Below are positions 8,807 to 16,400 of a DNA stretch of 32,000 nt, one piece after another (position 1 is the stretch's first letter; every line of letters starts with the position of its first letter). Made by a program: the position numbers and the translations under genes. Source of the DNA: Promethearchaeia archaeon (GTDB lineage Archaea; Asgardarchaeota; Lokiarchaeia; Sigyniarchaeales; SOKP01). The notes under the pieces were generated by a model. It was given only the letters and a program-made list of their open reading frames with translations, searched no databases and had not been told where the DNA came from. The stretch covers positions 1-32,000 of the forward strand of contig JAWOFX010000002.1 in NCBI GenBank assembly GCA_046497275.1. Direction: 5' to 3'.

Positions 8807-10519
8807 CTAGTAATATTTTTTGATTTCTTGGATAACTAGATTTATGAGATCTTTTGGAGATTTCACAGGATAAAACGAAACATTATTTAGTAAATCCTTA
8901 AATTTATTTTTAGGTATTTTTTTTGAACCAATGAAGAAACCTACGACTTTATGCCCTTGTTTACTTAAATTTAAAAAACTTCTTTTCGAGCTACTCCAAT
9001 TATAAATCCCGAAATCTGTTATAATAAATACCAAAACTTTTTTATCAGCCTTATCGCATTGTTTTATTATTTTCTTTGTGGGTAAAACTGTTCCTCCCCC
9101 TTGATAAGTGAGGAGTGTTTTTTCTGCCTTCCTAAAATCTGAAGTCCAATCGCTCACATCTGCTTTATTTGAAAAATTGATCACACTAAATTTTACCCCT
9201 CTCTTAGCAGCATAATGAAGAGATGCGAACGCTGCTATCAATGCAGTATGATAAGGGCCTTTTCCTTGGTCTGTCTTAGCAGTATAACGCCATCCCATTG
9301 ATCCAGAAGAATCTAAGACAATCAATAGATCTGGAATTTCTTGTTCCTCAAAATGACCAGGTCCCAATTTATAGGCCCATTTGCGAGTCGTGATATTTGG
9401 AATAATAATCGGACTATTTAATAAAGATTGTATAATATCTAATTCTTCAATAGGATCTCCAATTCTCCATACTTCTGGATAAACGGGAACTTGACCCCCG
9501 GGTTTTTCCTCATAAATCCGGATTTGTATCAAATTTTTAGCTTTTCCCCTATACCATGTTGCTAATGGATCCCCCTCAATCATTATTCCCGCTTGAGTTG
9601 CTGGAGCTCCAAATTCCGAATAATTTACATCTTTTGCAAATTCTTCAGATTTTTGTTTTAATTTATCCGTATTTTCTTTATCTAATTTATCTGAATTCTT
9701 ACTTTCGAGAGGATTATCCATAATCTCTAAGATATCATCGGGAATTTCAATATAAGATTGCCCTTTTCCCGGGGCTTCCCTTAAAGATTTACCTTTTTCT
9801 GATTTTAATCCTTTCCCAACAAGATTGAAAGTATCTTTTATCAAATCGTTCAGATAATAGGCTATTTTTTCAACTTTTTTTTCCCATTTCGACTCATCAT
9901 AGAATTCCTTTAGAATGGTTTTTGATATTTTCTCAACCAAATTTTTATAGTTATCTGATAATTGCTCTTTTGAAATTTCAATATTTAATATCTTTTCATA
10001 AAGAGCAAGGAGAATTTTAGAAAAATCCGATAAATTATTTTCCTGTTTGATATGTTCATATATTGTTCTTAATTCCCACGATACTAATTGTGGATGTTTG
10101 GAATATGTGATTTTATCTATGACTAAATCAGCGAACAAATTTACGACTATAGGAGCAAAATTTTGATTAACGTGTTTCAATGCTGCTTTTAAAAGCTTTG
10201 CGTCAATATAACCATCATATGGACAAATTTGATAATGAGAAATTTCATGAAGGCTGATGATATAATAAAATTCAATATATTCTTGTTCATTTGAAAATAA
10301 TGGAGTATTTGCGAGATTCATTGTAATTTGCCATCTTTCTTCAGGATCTATATAAAAACCTTCGCGATGGGTATAATCAAATACAAAATGAGGTTCATTT
10401 AAGGGAGGATAATAATATTCTCTCAAAGATCTATTCCAACCTTTTTTAGCTAAATCTATTAGCTTATTTTCATTTTCTTGTATAAAATCAATATTTTTTT
10501 CGTGTTTATATTGACTCAT
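8807..10519 (-). CDS. vWA-domain protein with an N-terminal HExxH metallopeptidase-like motif (MoxR partner)
   Basis: LHEISHY near the N-terminus; MIDAS LDSSGS with GGGT and ITD; lies directly downstream of a MoxR-like ATPase. Confidence 0.85.
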   Translation of the reverse strand: MSQYKHEKNIDFIQENENKLIDLAKKGWNRSLREYYYPPLNEPHFVFDYTHREGFYIDPEERWQITMNLANTPLFSNEQEYIEFYYIISLHEISHYQICPYDGYIDAKLLKAALKHVNQNFAPIVVNLFADLVIDKITYSKHPQLVSWELRTIYEHIKQENNLSDFSKILLALYEKILNIEISKEQLSDNYKNLVEKISKTILKEFYDESKWEKKVEKIAYYLNDLIKDTFNLVGKGLKSEKGKSLREAPGKGQSYIEIPDDILEIMDNPLESKNSDKLDKENTDKLKQKSEEFAKDVNYSEFGAPATQAGIMIEGDPLATWYRGKAKNLIQIRIYEEKPGGQVPVYPEVWRIGDPIEELDIIQSLLNSPIIIPNITTRKWAYKLGPGHFEEQEIPDLLIVLDSSGSMGWRYTAKTDQGKGPYHTALIAAFASLHYAAKRGVKFSVINFSNKADVSDWTSDFRKAEKTLLTYQGGGTVLPTKKIIKQCDKADKKVLVFIITDFGIYNWSSSKRSFLNLSKQGHKVVGFFIGSKKIPKNKFKDLLNNVSFYPVKSPKDLINLVIQEIKKYY

Positions 10520-10552
10520 ATGTTCTCATTAAATTCCATTTTATTCAGATAT

Positions 10553-12283
10553 TTAAAAATCTTTTTGTAAATAATCTAATTTATCTAAAATCCCTTTTAA
10601 TTTAAGTGCCTCACTTCCACCAGAAATTTGGATATTAACAAGAGAATCATCATCGGTTCCCGTAACATTTACTTCAATGAGAAGATCTTCAGAACGAACT
10701 TGTTTAGTTTGTCTTTTACCAAAAGCTTCCTTTAGTGAATTATCTAATTTAGGAAATTCAGAGGCGATATCTGCCCACACTTCCTTCCAATAATAGTATT
10801 TAAACACATAATCTGTTACGGTTTGCTTGTATAATTCACGATTACACCAATTAATAAGATCAGCCCTGTTTGGAAAATCTAAATTTTCTAATAATTCATT
10901 TCTAATTTGTGCTAATTCTTCTATTTTTCCCTTATTGGATGCTTCATTAATTTGCTTAGCCAGGTCTTTATATTTTTTGTTTTTTATTTCTTGTACAAAC
11001 GGATAAAGATCATATTTTACAATTAAATCATTTTTTTGAAAATTTTGGATTTCTTGTAGATCTCCTTTTTCTTGGATGCCATTTCTGAATTTTTGCGTAA
11101 TTTCATAGCAAATTTTTCTTTTTAAGAATCTATTTTGTATTTTTACTAAAAGGTCTCTGGAAAATTCATATTTATTACCCCAATATGGTGCTTTTTCTGA
11201 TTCCCTCTTAGAATAATTTACTCTATGGGAAATGACATAAGGAGCTATAGTATTTACTATATTGACATCTATCTCATTAATATCTAATAACCATGCTAAA
11301 GCCTTTGAATATCTTAATAAATCTTTTGCAACACGTACACTTAAAATAGAATCAATTTTATTGCATACATTTTGAGCAGTGTCGAAATGACATCCCGAAC
11401 ATAATCCAGTACTTGGTTTTAGATCTTCAGTATTTCCTTTATCGATTCTATCACATAGTGTAAATTCTCTAATTATCGCATGAATATAATTATTCGTTTC
11501 TTGGTTAATTTGTACTCTATTCACATAATACCATATTTCCATTAAATCATCTATCGTTAAAATTTTCGGAACTTCAAGCAGTTCATCATATCCAGAATAT
11601 TTTTCATCCTTTCCAGCCAAAATTAACTGTAGATCTTGGCTTGCGGGCATAGATATTGGGACAGAGATTCCAAATCGATCAAGAAATGGAGAACTTAACT
11701 CAAATGTTCCCACATCTTGGGGATTGATTGTCGCAAATAGACAGAATTTATTTACATTCATAACTGAATCATAATATTTCACAGTACCCTCAGCGAGAAG
11801 GGAGAGTAATATATCTTGAGCATAAGGAGTAAGTCTATTTACTTCATCAATGATTTTCCAAAAATTAGTCACAAACTTTTTCCAGACGACCTCTTCAGCA
11901 CCATCCTTCATTAATTTTCCTAATTTCAAAGTCCCAACTAATTTTTCCTCAGTTAATTGGGGATGACCACGAATGATAGATTCTTCGATTATTTCAAGTG
12001 TATTAGAGGTGAACATCCGTCCAAGAAGTTTTACCAGCGTAGTCTTACCACCGCCATGTCCCCCTATCAGGAGCATTGCAGAATTAGGAACTAATGCATT
12101 TAATATTGAGATGGTAAGAATTTCCGGTAATTTTATGGATTTAATCTTATTATTATTTTTAGGATCTGGATATTTAATTTCCAAATTTTTAGAATGAATA
12201 AATAATTGATTTGCTTGAATTAGATTAAGTATTCTCCAGACTTTTTTTCTTAATTGTTCATGTTCTACTAATCTTGTTTCCAT
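10553..12283 (-). CDS. MoxR-like AAA+ ATPase
   Basis: Walker A GGHGGGKT, Walker B IIDEVNR, ATINP, FLDRF, SVR sensor. Confidence 0.88.
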   Translation of the reverse strand: METRLVEHEQLRKKVWRILNLIQANQLFIHSKNLEIKYPDPKNNNKIKSIKLPEILTISILNALVPNSAMLLIGGHGGGKTTLVKLLGRMFTSNTLEIIEESIIRGHPQLTEEKLVGTLKLGKLMKDGAEEVVWKKFVTNFWKIIDEVNRLTPYAQDILLSLLAEGTVKYYDSVMNVNKFCLFATINPQDVGTFELSSPFLDRFGISVPISMPASQDLQLILAGKDEKYSGYDELLEVPKILTIDDLMEIWYYVNRVQINQETNNYIHAIIREFTLCDRIDKGNTEDLKPSTGLCSGCHFDTAQNVCNKIDSILSVRVAKDLLRYSKALAWLLDINEIDVNIVNTIAPYVISHRVNYSKRESEKAPYWGNKYEFSRDLLVKIQNRFLKRKICYEITQKFRNGIQEKGDLQEIQNFQKNDLIVKYDLYPFVQEIKNKKYKDLAKQINEASNKGKIEELAQIRNELLENLDFPNRADLINWCNRELYKQTVTDYVFKYYYWKEVWADIASEFPKLDNSLKEAFGKRQTKQVRSEDLLIEVNVTGTDDDSLVNIQISGGSEALKLKGILDKLDYLQKDF

Positions 12284-12437
12284 ATAAAATGCCTCTTGAT
12301 CATATTCTCTTTCATTATAACTAAAATCGACTAATTATTTATTTTTGTTTATGAAGTCTAATAATATATTTCAATTTTCTTCTAGAAATGAGGACTTAAT
12401 CTTTAAAAGATAAACCCCGATAAATTTTCATATAATC

Positions 12438-13139
12438 CTAGTTTGGTTTAAGACCTAAAAGTTGATTTAAATCTTCTATAACGAAGTCTGGTTGATATTC
12501 CCAATCCGAATATCCATCAGGATATTTTTCAAAGTTTCTAATAAGCAAACAAGCATGAATATTTGCCCTTTTCGCTGCGGAGATGTCCGAAATGGAATCA
12601 CCTATCATTAATGCATTAGACTCGTTTAGGTTAAAGTTTAATTTATTTAAAATCATGTTTATACCATCGGGTGATGGTTTCGCAATTTCTTGTTCATTTT
12701 CATCACCAAGCCCCAAGATTTCAAGAAAATAATGTTTTATATCGAATTTTTCTAATATATACTCTACTATATATCGAGCTGTGTTGGAAATTATAGCCAA
12801 TTTTTTATCTTCGTCTAATAATTTATCTAAAACGTATATTACATCAGAATATAACCTAATTTTTCCCTTTTTTATGAAATTCTTTCTAATTTTAAAATCT
12901 ATTGTATCAAAATGCTCCCAAAATTTATCATAGTCTTCTAAAAAAAGACCCCATTCTTTTAAAAGAGTTTGATACTGATCACCAGACATCCAAAATTTAT
13001 TTCTTCTGATTTTCTTGGGAATTGTGGTAATAGAAAAAGATTTTAAAGTTTTCACTAAGATTTTATCAAAATATTCTGGTGGATTTGGAATATTTAAAAG
13101 ACTATTATCAAGATCGAATAAATAATAATTAAATTTCAT
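12438..13139 (-). CDS. HAD superfamily hydrolase (phosphoglycolate phosphatase-like)
   Basis: FDLDNSL, ISN, KPSP, GDSISD. Confidence 0.88.
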   Translation of the reverse strand: MKFNYYLFDLDNSLLNIPNPPEYFDKILVKTLKSFSITTIPKKIRRNKFWMSGDQYQTLLKEWGLFLEDYDKFWEHFDTIDFKIRKNFIKKGKIRLYSDVIYVLDKLLDEDKKLAIISNTARYIVEYILEKFDIKHYFLEILGLGDENEQEIAKPSPDGINMILNKLNFNLNESNALMIGDSISDISAAKRANIHACLLIRNFEKYPDGYSDWEYQPDFVIEDLNQLLGLKPN

Positions 13140-13195
13140 ATCTTAATTGTATTATTATCCTAAATTCTAAAAAATTAATTCTCTAGATTATTAAA

Positions 13196-13582
13196 TTAAA
13201 AGTATCCAATGTGACCAAGATCTTTTCCATTTTCATCTAAGGCATAAACCAATCCCATAGAAAGTGCTCCTTCATCATCATCCTCTTCAGAGTTTCTCGC
13301 TTTATTTTTCTTTTTAGTAGGTTTTGCGACTTTTTTAATCGTTTCGAGTTTAAATTGAAATTTTCCCCCACAAACTTCACATTTCATAAGTATAAGTTTT
13401 GTATTTTTATTTTCTTCATCAAACTCTTCAATTTCAAGAGGGATTATCTTATTTTTATCTTGATTATCACATCCAGGCAAAAAACATTGATCTAAAGAAA
13501 TCTTTTCCATTCCTCTTCTCGCTAATGCTATCCATGCATAAGCAGGAATCTCATACCATAAATCCTTATTTTCATCACTCAT
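13196..13582 (-). CDS. Hypothetical protein, possibly zinc-binding
   Basis: CFLPGC and CEVC Cys pairs; basic/acidic low-complexity insert. Confidence 0.7.
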   Translation of the reverse strand: MSDENKDLWYEIPAYAWIALARRGMEKISLDQCFLPGCDNQDKNKIIPLEIEEFDEENKNTKLILMKCEVCGGKFQFKLETIKKVAKPTKKKNKARNSEEDDDEGALSMGLVYALDENGKDLGHIGYF

Positions 13583-13715
13583 ATTAATATAACCAAAATT
13601 GAACTTTCGTTTTTAAAATCTATTCTTCAATTAATAAATAATAAAATGGAAAAAAATAATTAATAATTATTATTATAAAAAATAACGGGAATCGTAGAAA
13701 CATATTAGAAAAAAA

Positions 13716-14027
13716 ATGAATAAAGAAGAGGAAATCGAATTCTCAAAGGAAAAAATAAGGTATGTTTCCAAATTAGCCTTATTAGATTTAACGGAAGAGG
13801 AAGAGGAAAAATTATCAGGGCAATTAAATAATATTATATCTTATTTTAAAAAATTAGAAAATTTAGATACAGAGGATATTGAGCCTACCCGACATCCTAT
13901 TGAGGGTTTAAAAAATATTTTTAGAGAAGATGAGGTTTGGGAAGGTTTAGGTCAAAAAAAGGCATTAAAAAATACGGAAAATAAAAAAGATGGTTTTTTC
14001 AAGGCTCCACGAATATTAAAGGAGTAA
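13716..14027 (+). CDS. gatC: Asp-tRNA(Asn)/Glu-tRNA(Gln) amidotransferase subunit C
   Basis: IRYVSKLALLDLTEEE...REDE...DGFFKAPRIL. Confidence 0.92.
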   Translation: MNKEEEIEFSKEKIRYVSKLALLDLTEEEEEKLSGQLNNIISYFKKLENLDTEDIEPTRHPIEGLKNIFREDEVWEGLGQKKALKNTENKKDGFFKAPRILKE

Positions 14028-14034
14028 GAAAGAT

Positions 14035-15048
14035 TCAATCTTTGTATTTTTCTGTAAGAAGTCGTATAGCATCAGCCATATCATGTAAAGCTTTTTTTTT
14101 CTGAGTAGGATTTAATTCCATAAATTCGTTTTCAAAACCAGATTTTATCTCATTTGGAGATGCTAAGCTGAGATATTTATCTACTATAAGTTTAGTAATA
14201 TAATCATCATAATCTTTCAAAACTTTCTGAAGCTTATTATTCTCCCTTATTTCATCCCATAATTCCAATGTCTCTAAAGATCGAATGCCAATATCAAATC
14301 GAAACCAACTTATCGGAAACAATCTTTCTCGTTCGATACCTGATTCTATAATTGTGATACAATCTTGATCAATGTAAAATTCGGGAATTTCATCTTCTTT
14401 AAAAACAATTCTATCATTCATCATAAATAGATTTGCTGATTTATTTGATGAGACTACCAGACCTGTGGCAAAACCTTTAGCAAATCGCAATTTATCTGCG
14501 ATATCTTCTATTGTGGTTCCTGGTATTTTTAATTTATTTTTGTTACGCCCTTGAATTGTTATATTGATATAATCTCTTTTTTCTCCACTTTTAACTAATT
14601 TTGGAAATAAATTTTGATCTCTACTTTTTCTATGAGCATCCATTAAAGTATTTAATAATTCTCTATCAAGTTCTAATCCAGGTATAACAGTATTCTGATT
14701 CATAAACGCATCCACTTCAAAATCCCCAATACCATAAAATAATTTTTTTTCAGCAATGATCTGTCGAAGACTGTTAACTATTGAGGTTACGAGAGCATCA
14801 GGATCATCTTGTATTGATTGATATTCTTTTGTTGTAAAGGTATCGATTTGATCTTCTAAGCCCTCGATATTCTTATAGAATTCGGCCCAACTCATTTCAG
14901 TATAGATGGTTCCAATATTATAGAGATTGTGGTCTTTATCTAAACAAAATATATTTTTGGAACCTCCTAATTCAACTCCTGATTTTGAACCAGAAGCTAA
15001 AAAAGCAGATGGAGGATTGTAAAACTTTAGATAAAGACTGGAAATCAT
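14035..15048 (-). CDS. Conserved hypothetical protein, tandem paralog A
   Basis: Full-length similarity to 15141-16142 (FYNPP, GTIYTEMSWAEFYK, DFEVDAF, ISWFRxDxG). Confidence 0.8.
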   Translation of the reverse strand: MISSLYLKFYNPPSAFLASGSKSGVELGGSKNIFCLDKDHNLYNIGTIYTEMSWAEFYKNIEGLEDQIDTFTTKEYQSIQDDPDALVTSIVNSLRQIIAEKKLFYGIGDFEVDAFMNQNTVIPGLELDRELLNTLMDAHRKSRDQNLFPKLVKSGEKRDYINITIQGRNKNKLKIPGTTIEDIADKLRFAKGFATGLVVSSNKSANLFMMNDRIVFKEDEIPEFYIDQDCITIIESGIERERLFPISWFRFDIGIRSLETLELWDEIRENNKLQKVLKDYDDYITKLIVDKYLSLASPNEIKSGFENEFMELNPTQKKKALHDMADAIRLLTEKYKD

Positions 15049-15140
15049 ACTAATAAGTGAGTATAATTTAAATTTCTTTAATAAAAGTAGAATTGCTTAA
15101 CTATTTAAAATTACTTATCAATATTACTTTAAGAGTAGAT

Positions 15141-16142
15141 TTATTTTTTCTTCACATCTTCATGCAAAATTTTTATTGCAATTTGCAAATCTTTCAGCAC
15201 TTGTTTTCTCTCTTGAGGTGTCATCTGGAAAAAATCATCTTGGATATTGAATCCCAGTCCGCTGCTGGAAGCTAATTTTTCGTATTTTTTAAATATCATT
15301 TCTAAAAGATAATGATCATATTTAGCAATAGCTATTTGCAGTTTATCCATTTCCTTTATTTTATCCCATAAATTGAGAGTTTCTAGCGCATCTATTCCTA
15401 AATCAATACGGAACCAGCTTATAGGCGTAAGAATTTCATTTTCAATTCCATCCTCAATTAAACGAATATTTTCTTTATCTAAATATAATTTCCGAACTTT
15501 CTCTTCTTTAAACTTGATATTATCATTCATTATATAGAAATTAGCTAATATTTGAGTTGTACAAACAATTCCAGTAGCAAAACCGCTCACAGCCCTCAAC
15601 TGATTCGCTAATTCTTCCAAGTCAGATCCTTGAAATATTAATTTATCTCTTTTTTCTCCATAGAATTTTATTTGTATTTTTGGTTTATTCCCAGAATCTC
15701 TTAAGATTTTAGGAAATAATATCTTATCTCTTGTCGTTCTGTGTGCTTTCATTAATTTATTTATTACACTTGGAGGAATTTTAAGACCAGGAATAATGGT
15801 ATTTTCATTTAAAAATGCATCTACTTCAAAATCTAATATACCGTAAAACAATCTATCATTTTTAATAATCTTATTAATGCAATGAGAAATTGAATTTACA
15901 AGAGCTTCAGGATCATCACTGATAGATTCATATTCCTTTTGAGTAAAGCTATCGATTATATCCTCCAAACCTTCATCTTTATAAAATTCAGCCCAAGACA
16001 TTTCTGTATATATAGTTCCTTCAGAATAGAGATTTCGATCTTCATCTATACTTACAATTAGTTTAGAACCACCTATTTCTAAGCCTTCCTTTGACCCAGA
16101 TGCTAAAAGTGCTCGTGGGGGATTATAAAAATCTAACAGCAA
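15141..16142 (-). CDS. Conserved hypothetical protein, tandem paralog B
   Basis: Full-length similarity to 14035-15048. Confidence 0.8.
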   Translation of the reverse strand: MLLDFYNPPRALLASGSKEGLEIGGSKLIVSIDEDRNLYSEGTIYTEMSWAEFYKDEGLEDIIDSFTQKEYESISDDPEALVNSISHCINKIIKNDRLFYGILDFEVDAFLNENTIIPGLKIPPSVINKLMKAHRTTRDKILFPKILRDSGNKPKIQIKFYGEKRDKLIFQGSDLEELANQLRAVSGFATGIVCTTQILANFYIMNDNIKFKEEKVRKLYLDKENIRLIEDGIENEILTPISWFRIDLGIDALETLNLWDKIKEMDKLQIAIAKYDHYLLEMIFKKYEKLASSSGLGFNIQDDFFQMTPQERKQVLKDLQIAIKILHEDVKKK

Positions 16143-16239
16143 TGAATTAACCTTAAATTCATAATTGAAATTAAATATTTAGAATATTGAATATCCTTTA
16201 AGATCATTTTAGAAAACAAATTTATATAATTAATTAAAC

Positions 16240-16400
16240 GATGCATTTTTAAGAGTGCACATCTCTGCAACCAGCAACACGTTCGTGAATGCGGTATTAG
16301 GTAGTACTACTACACATAGGCAACACGAGTCATAGCTAAAAACCTTTTTGGACTCATTTGATACCTTTGTGGTTTAATCTTGCTTTTGTTTAACCTTTCT
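16240..16400 (-). ncRNA. Putative omega-RNA scaffold 3' region / element right end; 5' boundary unknown
   Basis: Position at the tnpB 3' end plus several hairpins (GCAttCACG-AA-CGTGtTGC; AGAG-N7-CTCT; GTTGCA...TGCATC). Inferred from the usual TnpB locus layout. Confidence 0.5.

Noticed and set aside
13716-14027. gatC without adjacent gatA/gatB
   Set aside because: Dispersed gat genes are common in archaea, so this is not informative from one window.
15809-15821. 13-nt match TTAAAAATGCATC (preceded by TTCAT) to the sequence downstream of tnpB (reverse complement of 16240-16252), suggesting a guide/target pair
   Set aside because: The matching bases fall inside the likely scaffold stem rather than the guide, and a 13-nt AT-rich match picked after the fact is plausibly chance. 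Revisit only if the RNA scaffold is shown to end at about 16253.
16200-16330. CRISPR array next to the large TnpB, which would make it a Cas12
   Set aside because: Only one repeat-like unit, no repeat-spacer periodicity, and no cas1/cas2/cas4 in the window.
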